DNA of 64,000 nucleotides from an uncultured Actinomycetes bacterium (lineage in GTDB: Bacteria > Actinomycetota > Thermoleophilia > RBG-16-64-13). The stretch spans positions 392,926-456,925 of the forward strand of contig CAWASM010000001.1 of assembly GCA_963784835.1 (NCBI GenBank), read 5' to 3'. Position 1 is the stretch's first letter; every line of letters begins with the position of its first letter. The position numbers and the translations under genes are program-made. This document shows, piece after piece, positions 22,099 to 35,703 of the stretch. The notes beneath the pieces were generated by a model. That model did not search any database and was not told the origin of the DNA. It saw only the letters and a list, made by a program, of their open reading frames with translations.

Positions 22099-22274
22099 GG
22101 AAAATCCTCTCTGTCGGTGAGTTCTCATCGGATCAGTCCCTCGAAGCCCGTCTTAGCCGATCACCTCCTATTAGGCTGCCAATAGCGCCGCTATTCGCGC
22201 TCTTTGCGTCTTGGTCTTGCGCGTGCCCAGCGCACTCTCGCGGCGAGAAGTCGCTCTTTCAGCGGCCTGCGCCC

Positions 22275-22301
22275 ATAAAAAAAGCGCCCGGGAGGGCGCG
22301 C
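22275..22301 (-). terminator. Rho-independent terminator inside the tupA leader
   Basis: Minus strand reads GCGCCC-UCCC-GGGCGC (22284-22299), followed by seven U (22277-22283). Lies about 175 nt upstream of the tupA start, which suggests attenuation. Confidence 0.6.
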
Positions 22302-22445
22302 AGACGTACAGACCGGCGCGCTCTCCTTCTCACCATGGAAGGCGCGGATGTTTCCGTCCGTACCTTTGGACCCATCAGGGTCACTGCGGCTGCTCGCCAT
22401 GGCCTCGACACTTCGGGGCTTTAGGCTCGGCAGCTCGGAGAAGCA
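22302..22445 (-). promoter_or_regulatory. Structured 5' leader, candidate Moco/Tuco riboswitch aptamer
   Basis: Minus strand: CUUCUC (22438-22443) pairs with GAGAAG (22326-22331). Internal hairpins GACCC-UGAU-GGGUC and CGGA...UCCG. CCGAGCC near the 5' side. GCCUUCC-N7-GAGAAGGAG resembles the GCCUCC...GGAAAGG 3' element of Moco RNAs. Confidence 0.35.
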
Positions 22446-22671
22446 CAGTGGGTCGTCTATACGACCACACTGTTTACAACTTCTCACCAATGTGGGGCCT
22501 TTGTCAAGGCCGTCGCGGGCAAGCCGGACCGCGCGTAGCTTGGGGGCCTGCACTTGGACACCCACCGCCGTTTTCACGCAAACCAGGCCCGAACATCGCT
22601 GGATGCCGGCCTATGGCGTCCAGGTTCCGCACCGAGTAGAATCGCAGCAGCCAGTGAGCTACGGAGGTGGA

Positions 22672-23582
22672 ATGCCCCCTATCGACCGCATCTTGGCCGC
22701 CTACGAGCAAGGGCTGACCAGACTCGCCGACGACCTAATAGCACAGAACAACCCCCCCGAGGAAGACCGAGCCCACCTGATGCTACTGTCCCGGCTCCTC
22801 CAGGCCGTGGTCGGCACGTACAAATCCCACCAACTCGACCAAGCCGCCACTCTGCAGGTGGCTGGGTCGGTGCTGGCGGCGGCCGGGGCCCAGGAGCGGA
22901 GAGTGCTCAACGTCTCCCTGCGCCGCCTGGTGGACGACAACCTCATGACCCCCTGGTATGCCCGGTTCCTCAACAGCAGCCTGCAGCTCAAACGCACCAT
23001 ATTGATCACCGGTGGGACCGGTGTGGGCAAGTCGACCCTGCTCAACGCCCTCATCGATCTGCTACCTCGCGATCACCGCATCGTCGCCATCGACGAGGTC
23101 GGACGAGGGTCTGCCGGTGCTGCGCGACCGCTCTTTCACGGTGCAGCTCAAAGCCAAGCGAGGCACGCCCGCCCGAGCGGCAGTGTTCCGCAGGGCGGCC
23201 GACATGAGACCCACCTGGGTGGTGGTCGGCGAAGTGGCGCGGCGAGACGGCCCGGGGTTTCTGGACGCGCTCAATGTTGGTGTCACAGGCGGGCTGACCA
23301 CGGTCCAGAGCCTGGACCCCGAGGCCACGCTGAACGACTGGCTGGCACTCAACAAGGCCAGCTGCCGAGCAACTCCAGAAGCTCAACCCGCTCGTGGTGC
23401 ATCTGGGCCGCGACCAAGACGGCCGTCCCCGGGTGGAGAGGGTCATCGAGGTCACCACCGACAGAGGCAACCTGGTGATCACACCCCGCGAGCAGGTGGA
23501 AAGTGAACAGGTGGGAGTGCAGGGCGGCCAGCGCAGTGGCCTAGCCAAGGCCGAGCAAGAAAGCGAGCTGGCCCGCAGATAG
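22672..23582 (+). CDS. Stand-alone T2SS/T4P/T4SS-type (CpaF/VirB11-like) ATPase; two frame breaks
   Basis: ATG behind ACGGAGGTGG. Walker A ILITGGTGVGKSTLLNAL, RIVAIDE, Walker B-like PTWVVVGEV. His-box position reads GGLTTVQS. Pieces in ORFs 22348..23478, 23012..23506 and 23394..23582. Confidence 0.7.
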
Positions 23583-23645
23583 TCGCCGGCATTGGCTCAG
23601 CGGCGCTGAACCGCTCCCTCGCCGCCTCCCCGCCGGGCCCTAGGC

Positions 23646-26424
<2,779 letters not shown>

Positions 26425-26425
<1 letters not shown>

Positions 26426-27248
26426 CAGTCCCGGTCCCAGCTGCCCAACGCGCTCTCCCAGCCGCGCAGTCGGTCCAAGGCCTCGTGCGACATCAGATCG
26501 AAATGGAGCGGTGTGATCGAGGCCCAGCCTCCGGCGATCGCCTCAAAATCTGATCCCGCTTCCTGCTGGTAGCTGAGGTCGTCGTTGTAGATGTGGTACC
26601 CGCGGCGGTTACCTTTGGTCTCGCGATACTCGACCTTGTCCCCATAGATGCGCTTGCCCAGAGTGGTCAATCGCACACCCCGCAGTGTCTCCCACGACCG
26701 GTCGGGGCAGTTGACGTTGAGAAGCGTCTTCGCCGGGAACCCGTCTGCCACTGCCATGGCCACCAGCCTATAGGCGATGCGGGCCGGCACTGTGAGATCG
26801 TATCCGGGATGATAGTCCTCAGCGGATATGGCGATAGCCGGGATGTCCAGCATGATGCCCTCGAACGCGGCGGCCACCGTGCCCGAATAGGTGATGTCGT
26901 CGCCCAGGTTGCCGCCCAGGTTGATGCCCGAGACGATGAGGTCGGGTGTTCGGTCGAGCAGACCCAGCGCGGCCATGCGCACACAGTCCACTGGGGTGCC
27001 GTCGGTGCTGAACGCGGGGCTTCCATCGCTGAGTCCACTTCTTCCACCCACAGGGGCGCGTGCATGGTGATGCTGCGAGCCGCGCCGGAGCGGTTCTGGT
27101 CGGGCGCCACAACGCGTACGTCGCCGAGGGTTTCCAGCGCCGTCTTGAGCGCCAGCAGACCGGGCGAGGTCACCCCGTCGTCATTGGTGAGAACGATCAG
27201 CGGATGCTTGGATCCCAGAGCGACCAGCGCGCAGTCCCGACCCGCCAT
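26425..27248 (-). CDS. surE: 5'/3'-nucleotidase SurE; one frame break
   Basis: ILVLTNDDGVTSPGLLAL, VVAPDQNRSG, SGINLGGNLGDDITYSGTVAAAFEG, ITPLHFDLM. Confidence 0.9.
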
Positions 27249-27260
27249 TGCAGCAGGGAA

Positions 27261-27608
27261 CTATTCGGTCTTGGAGCCGGATGCGGAGGTGACCGGCTTG
27301 AGCGGCTCAGAGGCCGCGGGTTTGGCGCTCTCGGACGAGCCCGAACCCTCCGGGTTGGTCGCTCCGTCGGAAGACGAACCGCTTTCGCCCCCGCCGGCAC
27401 CGTGTGAGGACCCCGCGCCCAGCGTGTTGCGCTTGGCGTAGTCGGTGGTGTAGAAGCCTTTGCCCTTGAACTGGATGGCAACGGGAAACAGCAAGCGCCT
27501 CACCGGCTCGCCACAGACCTCGCACTCCTTCACCGGATCGTCAGACATCCGCTGGAAGCGCTCGAACTGGTGCTCACAAGCAAGACAACGATATTCGTAT
27601 GTAGGCAA
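27261..27608 (-). CDS. FmdB-family zinc-ribbon regulatory protein
   Basis: TTG start. (M)PTYEYRCLACEHQFERFQRMSDDPVKECEVCGEPVRRL, then a Gly/Ser-rich tail. Confidence 0.8.
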   Translation of the reverse strand: MPTYEYRCLACEHQFERFQRMSDDPVKECEVCGEPVRRLLFPVAIQFKGKGFYTTDYAKRNTLGAGSSHGAGGGESGSSSDGATNPEGSGSSESAKPAASEPLKPVTSASGSKTE

Positions 27609-27720
27609 GGTCGCAGACCTCCTAATCAAACTAACCGGTATTATACCGGAAATGGGCCCTTCGTACACGGCCGGTTGGCACTCTCCATGGGTGAGTGCCA
27701 AATGCCACCAGCCGCCTCTC

Positions 27721-28202
27721 TCACCGGTTCCGGTACCAGGCCAGATATCCGGCGACAGCCATAATCACCCAGTTGATGACCCCGCGGCTTGACAGGGTGA
27801 ACACGACGGCGTCCCAACTGATTCCGGATTCAGGAAGACCGAGACGACCGGAGGGATAACGAAGGCCCAGACAGTCGAAACGGCCGCCACAACCGCCGTC
27901 TGCAGACCGCGGTAGTGGCCGGAGGCCCGGTGCACCGCCTCCCCTACCAGGTACCCGATACCCGCGGCCACGAAGAAGAAGAGGAAGAAGAACCCGATAC
28001 CGCCCAGGACGAAGTAGTAGGCGAAACCAACGGCCGTGCCCGCTCCCAAGCCGGCGGCCATCGCCCGCAGAAGACGCCGCGTCTTGAGCGTCACCGTGGC
28101 CGAACGGGGCATCTTCGCGCACTCGCGGCACTTGATCCCCACGGCCGAGAAGACCATGCAGTCGGGGCAGAGCGGCTTGCCGCAGGCGCTGCAGGTGACC
28201 AT
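27721..28202 (-). CDS. Membrane protein with N-terminal double-CxxC zinc ribbon; one frame break near 27800
   Basis: MVTCSACGKPLCPDCMVFSAVGIKCRECAK, followed by 3-4 hydrophobic segments (GFAYYFVLGGIGFFFLFFFVAAGIGYLVG...). Confidence 0.55.
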
Positions 28203-28311
28203 GGTGAGGCGTCCTGGGATGGTTGGCGCAGGGCTGCTCCTGCCATCGCGTGCGAGGACCCATTGCCCGTGGGCGGTGCTCCGCCCGCCGAGATCTCGAT
28301 CGCTCGCTGGC

Positions 28312-28732
28312 TCACCGGCGACCCCGGCGCTGCCGAGCCACCAAGATCACTTCGCCCGGGATTGCCGAACGGCACCAGTTCCTTGCGGTAGCTCCGGTGC
28401 ACCGCATCCAGCTCGTCCTGGGCTTTGGCGACCAGACGCTCCATATCGGCCTGCACTTCGTCCAGCCTCGCTTCCAGGCCGGCCAGCTGTTCCTCCATCT
28501 CGAGCACCCGCTCCACCCCGGCCAGGTTCAGACCGCATTCCGCGACCAGACGCTGGATGCGCCGCAGTCGCTCCACGTCGTCCAGTGAGTACAGGCGTGT
28601 GCTCTTCGACGAACGCTGAGGACGGATGAGACCCCGACGCTCGTACATGCGCAGTGTCTGGGGATGCATCTCGGCCAACTCGGCGGCTACCGAGATCATG
28701 AACACCGGCCTCATTTTGTCGTCGAAAGGCAT
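28312..28732 (-). CDS. hspR: MerR-family heat-shock repressor HspR; probable frame break near 28355
   Basis: FMISVAAELAEMHPQTLRMYERRGLIRPQRSSKSTRLYSLDDVERLRRIQRL. The shifted frame ends EVILVARQRRGRR-TGA at 28312. The tracked ORF otherwise runs on to 28091. Confidence 0.8.
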
Positions 28733-28760
28733 CTGCGTCCCCTAACCTTCAAGGTCGTTC

Positions 28761-29917
<1,157 letters not shown>

Positions 29918-29927
29918 GATGCTCGCC

Positions 29928-30611
29928 CTATCCGGCCGCGCTCGGATCCCGAGCCGCCGGTCGCTCGGGCGCGCCGTCGGCCTCCCGGCCGAGGCACCGG
30001 ACCGAGACCACGACCCGAGCCGGCCGCAGACACGATCGCCCTGCCTGTAGCCCCGCTCGAGCACCGCGGCCACCAGCCCCTCGTCGTGCGTCGGAGGGCT
30101 GCATCAGCACGGCGTCGTGGACCGCAGGGTCGAACGGCGACGCCTACGCACTCGATCTCCTCCACGCCGATGCGCGCCAGCAGATCCACGAACAAGTCCC
30201 GGGTGAGGCGCACCCCGTCCAGCACCTTGCCCTCTTCGTGATGCTCGGCCGCGTCCAGAGCCCTCTCCAGGTTGTCCAGCACCGGAAGAAGCTCGCCCAA
30301 CAGGTCGCCCTGCGCCCGGTCGCGGGCCTCGACAAGCTCGCGGGAGGCCCGCCTGCGGAAGTTCTCGAACTCCGCGCGAAGCCGCAGCAGCGAGTCGGCC
30401 AGAGCGTCGCGCTCGCCGTCAGAGCTCACGCCTCCGCGGTCAGGAGCGGTGGCGTCGCAGCTGATCGCTCGGCGCCGCGGGCGCTTCCGGTACCTGCCGC
30501 CGGGTGCATCCGCCGGGGCCCCGGCCTTCGGCATCGGCGCCGCCAGGCCCCTTGGCACGATTGCCGGAGCATCGCCATTGTTTATTGGGATGCTGTCTCT
30601 TGTCTGTGGTC
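29928..30611 (-). CDS. grpE: Nucleotide exchange factor GrpE; frame breaks; ends approximate
   Basis: ATG at 30611 behind [82 protein letters not shown]. Confidence 0.85.
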
Positions 30612-30761
30612 ATGAGTCTCCTCTTGCACGGGGCGGCGGCCTGACGGCCGCCGCCCCGCTCATCATCGCAGCTCGTCACGCCATTGTACGACGTCCGCGT
30701 CAGAGGCTGCTAGTACTTGCTCTCTGTCGCGGTGGCTTCCACCGTCTTGCGGCTTCTCTCG

Positions 30762-31193
30762 CCTATCGGACACGGAGATCTTCTTCGGTCTTCGCGATCT
30801 CGGTCTTGGGCACTGCGACCTCGAGCACGCCGTTCTCGTATTTGGCCTCGATCCCGTCTTCGTCGACGGCCTGCGGCAAAGCGATGGACCGGCTGAACGA
30901 GCCGTACCGCCGCTCGATGCGGTAGTACTTGTCCTCTTTACTTCTTCCTCGAAGCGACGCTCGCCGCTCACAGTAAGGACATTGTCCTGCACTTCGATGC
31001 TGATGTCGGCCGGGTCCATGCCGGCCAGCTCAGCCTTGAGCTTGATAGCGTCGTCGGTCTCGATCACGTCGATCGAGGGAGTCCACGACTGCCGCTCGGC
31101 CACGTCACCGCCGCCCACTCGGGAGAACAGGCGGTTGACCTCGGTCTGCAGAGCCGTCAACTCGCGGAAGGGATCCCATCTCACCAGTGCCAT
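30762..31193 (-). CDS. Hsp20/alpha-crystallin small heat-shock protein; one frame break
   Basis: MALVRWDPFRELTALQTEVNRLF, WTPSIDVIETDDAIKLKAELAGMDPADISIEVQDNVLTVSGERR. The shifted frame reads YRIERRYGSFSRSIALPQAVDEDGIEAKYENGVLEVAVPK and ends in TAG at 30762. Confidence 0.85.
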
Positions 31194-31302
31194 GTTCAGC
31201 TACCTCCTTCTCCTCACGCCGTGCCCACCTCCCGCGAGCCCGGCCCGGCCGCCCATCGGCGAGTGCCACGCTCGCCGCCCACATCGGGCGCTACGATTGA
31301 TC

Positions 31303-33217
31303 TTACTTGTCTTCGTCGATGACCTCGTAGTCGGCTTCTTCGACCACTTCGTCCTCAGCCGTCCCGGCTCCGCGCCCGGACCATCGCCGGTGCCGCCAGC
31401 CGCCGCCCTGCTGGGCCTGCGCCGCCTGGTAGGCAGCTTCGGACAGCTTGTAGGCCGCCTCCTGCAGCGTCTTCGTGCGGCTTCTGATCAGGTCGATATC
31501 GTCGCCCTTGATGGCTTCTTCCAGATCGCGCGTGGCGTTCTCGATGTCGCCCCGGGCAGCGCCGTCCACCTTGTCGCCGAAGTCCTTCAGCGACTTGCGC
31601 GTGGAGTAGACCAGGTGCTCCGCTTGGTTCTTGGCGTCGACGAGTTCCTTCTTCTTGCTGGTCTTCTTCGGCGTTGACCTCGGCGTCGCGCACCATCTTC
31701 TTGATCTCGTCGTCGCCCAGGCCGCTCGAGCTCTTGATACTGATCTTCTGCTCGTTGCCGGTGGCCAGGTCCTTGGCCGACACGTGAGTGATGCCGTTGG
31801 CGTCGATGTCGAAGCCTACTTCGATCTGGGGGATGCCCCGCGGTGCCGGCGGGATGCCCATCAGCTGGAACTTGCCCAGCGTCTTGTTGTAGGCCGCCAG
31901 GTCGCGCTCGCCCTGGAGCACGTGGATCTCGACCGAAGTCTGACCGTCCTCCGCCGTGGAGAAGATCTCGCTCTTCCGAGTGGGGATGGTGGTGTTGCGA
32001 TCGATGAGCCGGGTGAACACGCCGCCCTTGGTCTCGATACCCAGGGAGAGCGGGGTCACGTCAAGAAGGATGATGTCCTTGACCTCGCCGGCCAGCACGC
32101 CTCCCTGGATGGCCGCACCCAGAGCCACCACTTCGTCCGGGTTGATGCCCTTGTGCGGCTCCTTGCCGGTCAGCGAGCGCACCTTCTCCTGCACGGCCGG
32201 CATGCGGGTCATGCCGCCCACCAGGATGACCTGGTCGATGTCGCCGGTCTTCATGCCGGCGTCGTCCATGGCCTGCTTGGTGGGACCGACCACCCGGTCG
32301 AGCAGGTCGCGAGTGAGCTCCTCCAGCTTGGCCCGGGTGAGAGTCATCTCCAGATGCAGCGGGCCGCTCTGGTCCATGGTGATGAACGGCTGGTTGATGC
32401 TGGTCTCCAGCACCGAGGACAGCTCCACTTTGGCCTTCTCGGCCGCTTCGTAGAGCCGCTGCAGAGCCTGGCGGTCCTTGGTCAGGTCGACGCCCTTCTC
32501 CTTGCGGAACTCGTTCACGATCCAGTCGACGATGGCCTTGTCGAAGTTGTCGCCGCCCAGGTGGGTGTCGCCGTTGGTGGACTTGACCTCGAACACGCCG
32601 TCGCCCAGCTCCAGGATGGAGACGTCGAAGGTGCCGCCGCCCAGGTCGAACACCAGGACGGTCTGCTCGTGCTCTTTGTCGAGCCCGTAGGCCAGCGAAG
32701 CCGCGGTGGGCTCGTTGACGATCCGCTTCACTTCCAGACCGGCGATGATGCCGGCGTCTTTGGTGGCCTGCCGCTGAGCGTCGTCGAAGTAGGCCGGGAC
32801 GGTGATGACCGCCTCGGTGACCTCGGTGCCCAGGAAGGCCTCGGCGTCGCGCTTGAGCTTCTGCAGGATCTTCGCCGAGATCTCCGGCGGGGAGAACTGC
32901 CCGTCTTTGACTTGCACGCGCACGTCGCTGTTGGGACCCTCGACCACCTTGTAGGGGACGATCTTCATCTCTTCGCTCACGTTGGAGAACTTGCGCCCCA
33001 TGAAGCGTTTGATGGAGAAGACGGTGTTCTCAGGGTTGGTGACAGCCTGGCGCTTGGCCACAGTGCCGACCAATTGCTCCCCGGTCTTGGTGAAGGCCAC
33101 AACGGACGGGGTGGTACGCCCACCCTCGGCGTTGGGGATGATGGTCGGCTCGCCGCCTTCCAGCACGGCCATGGCCGAGTTGGTCGTGCCCAGGTCGATG
33201 CCGATGATCTTGCCCAT
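31303..33217 (-). CDS. dnaK: Chaperone DnaK (Hsp70); one frame break near 31600
   Basis: [72 protein letters not shown]. Tail ...[13 protein letters not shown] is in ORF 31303..31569. Confidence 0.97.
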
Positions 33218-33272
33218 TACATATCCTCCGAAGCTCGATGCTCGATAGCACGTGTTACATTAGCATGTGAGC

Positions 33273-33303
33273 ATTATAAAATCTGAGTCGCCTCATTGTC
33301 AAG
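33273..33303 (-). promoter_or_regulatory. dnaK operon promoter with overlapping HAIR-like (HspR) half-sites
   Basis: Minus strand: TTGACA (33297-33302), 18 nt, TATAAT (33273-33278). CTTGACA-N8-ACTCAGA over the -35 loosely resembles the HAIR consensus CTTGAGT-N7-ACTCAAG. Confidence 0.5.
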
Positions 33304-33446
33304 TTTGCAAGCGACGTCCCAAGCGGATGCGAAGGCGCTCACGTAGCCGCAGTGAGCGTGCTTCGGCAACCAGTCTAGCTGACGGGACGTCCGGCTAGAT
33401 ACGTCTAGCGCTTCAAGGCCTGGCACAGACTCACGACTGGTGAGGC

Positions 33447-35601
33447 ATGAGGATCGGTCGAGAAAGACGCAGCGCCAGAGACGGCGGGCCCACGCGGTCC
33501 GGCGGCGCCGCACCGTCATCTGATCGCCGTGCTGGTCGCTATCCCGCTGCTCGTGATCGGCATCCTGGCCGCGGCGACCTTGCTCGGCCTGCACACGGTC
33601 GCCGCGACCGTACAGCAAGGACCTGCCCTCCCTTGAGGCTCAAGGCGATGTCACCCTCGCCGAGACCACCCAGATCTACGCCGCCGACGGCACTCTTCTC
33701 GCCTACCTGCACGGCGTCGAGAACCGGACGGTCATCAGCGGCAAGCAGATCCCCGACATCCTCCGGCACGCCCTGGTCGCCATCGAGGACGAGCGCTTCT
33801 ACCAGCACACCGGCGTGGACTTCGAGGGTTTCGTCCGCGCGCTGGTGACCAACATCCAGGCCAAGGGCAGTCGAGGAAGGCTTCTCGACCATCACCATGC
33901 AGTTGGTGGGCAACCTCTACCTGGACCGCACCGACATCTCCCTCAGCCGCAAGTTCAACGAGATGGCCCTGGCCTGGCAGATGGAGAAGAAGTACTCCAA
34001 GGACGAGATCCTCGACATGTACCTCAACACGGTGTACTTCGGCTCGAACGCCTACGGCGTCGAGGCGGCGGCGCGGACCTACTTCGACAAGGATCCCGTC
34101 GATCTGACGCTCGCCGAGGCGGCGCTCCTGGCCGGCCTGCCGCAGGCACCCACGCGCGTACTCTCCGCCGCAGGCACCCGGAGGCGGCCCTGAAGCGCCG
34201 CGACAGGTGCTGGTCAAGATGTACGAGCTGGGCTTCATCACCGAAGAGCGAGGCCAGCCAGGCCCTCGACGACGCCCGTCAAGCTGGCGCCCTACTCGCC
34301 CTACACCAAGGTGCAGGAGCCCTACGTGGTGGCCTATCGTGCGCAAGCAGCTCATCGACATGTTCGGCGAGGACAAGGTCTTCAGCGGGAGGGCTCCGGG
34401 TGGAGACCACCATCAACCCCGCCTACCAGAAGCTGGCCACGGAGGCCATCTCCTACCACCTCAACGAGAAGGCGATCCCGTCGGCCGCGCTCGTGAGCAT
34501 CGAGACCAAGACCGGCTACATCCGGGCCATGGTGGGCGGCAACGACTACGACAGCTCCAAGTTCAACCTGGCCTCGCAGGGCCGGCGCCAGCCCGGCTCC
34601 GCCTTCAAGACCTTCGTGCCTTACGGCTGCCATCGAGATGGGCATCGACCCCTGGACCACCTACTACGAGTCGCAGCCGGTCACCCTCATGTATCCGGGC
34701 GCCACCGAAGCCCTGGAAGGTCAACGACCTACGGCGGCAAGCTACTACGGCACTCTCCAGCGTCGTCCAGGCCACCCTGCGCAGCGACAACACCGTCTAC
34801 GCCCAGATGGCCCTGGACGTGGGCGCGGAGCAGGATCGTGGACGTCGCCCATCGCATGGGCATCACCTCGGAGCTCGACGCCGAATCCGGCCATCGCCCT
34901 GGGCGGTCTCAAGTACGGCGTCTCGCCGCTGGAGATGGCTTCGGCGTACGCCACTCTGGCCAACGGTGGCCAGCACATCGAGCCCACGATCATCCTCCGG
35001 GTCACCGACGCCAACGGCAACGTGATCTGGGAGGCCAAGCCCAAGACAGACCCAGGCCATCTCGGCCGGTGTGGCCTACGAAGTCACGCGCATCCTGCAG
35101 CAGAACATCGAGAGCGGCACGGGCACCAAAGCCGCAATCGGCCGCCCTGCGGCCGGCAAGACCGGAACGGCCTCCGGACTGGTACGACGCCTGGTTCTGC
35201 GGCTACACCCCCAACCTGTCCACCGCGGTCTGGATGGGCAACCCCGATGCCCAGGTCCGATGAACAACGTGCACGGCATCAGGGTCACCGGCGGGAGCTT
35301 CCCGGCCATCATGTGGCAGAAGTTCATGTACGAGGCCGACCGTGACTATCCCGAGGAGGAGTTCGCCAAGCCCGAGGTCCTCGTCGACCTACGACCGCTT
35401 CTTCCGCAGCACCTACTGCGGTGGCGCCCACCTCAGCACCACCATGCAGCACCACCACGACGTCGACCACTACACCGTCGGTCACCGTCGACCGTGCCGC
35501 CGACCGGGCCGTCGACCACGGGCACGACCGGCTCCACCACGACGACGACCAGAGCTACGACCACGACTAACCCGCCGACGACTAGCCCGCTCGACGACTA
35601 G
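33447..35601 (+). CDS. ponA: Class A penicillin-binding protein (PBP1A-type transglycosylase/transpeptidase); many frame breaks; start approximate
   Basis: TM LIAVLVAIPLLVIGILAAA. GT51 motifs AIEDERFYQHTGVD, STITMQLV, KDEILDMYLNTVYFG. Transpeptidase RQPGSAFKTF, SDNTVYAQ, AGKTGTA. Thr-rich C-terminal tail. Confidence 0.85.
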
Positions 35602-35630
35602 CCCGCCGACGACTCGCCCCTCGACCACGG
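35555..35630. repeat. Short tandem repeat, 4-5 units of ~15-16 bp (CCCGCCGACGACTAG type) at the ponA 3' end
   Basis: Units at 35571-35585, 35586-35601, 35602-35616 and 35617-35630, plus a degenerate unit at 35555-35570. The ponA stop (TAG at 35599-35601) lies inside unit 2. Confidence 0.55.
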
Positions 35631-35703
35631 CGGCCCTGATCCGGACGACCTCGTCGGCGCCGATGATTGCAGAACGTCTTCTTTGGATGATAGCGAAACT
35701 ACC

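Noticed and set aside
22191-22639. ORFs 22191..22577 (-) and 22211..22639 (+) in the tup/ATPase intergenic region
   Set aside because: No RBS or domain signal. The region is better explained by promoters, a structured leader and a terminator.
33240-33275. TTAGCA...GAGCA near the dnaK promoter as a possible CIRCE element
   Set aside because: It does not match TTAGCACTC-N9-GAGTGCTAA in either arm. No hrcA gene is present, while hspR closes the operon.
31631-33286. 551-aa ORF antisense to dnaK
   Set aside because: Shadow ORF opposite a near-perfect Hsp70 gene. The sequence is low-complexity, rich in D, L, G, V and H. The same reasoning applies to ORFs 6932..8227, 15640..16722, 40693..41763 and 57133..58314.
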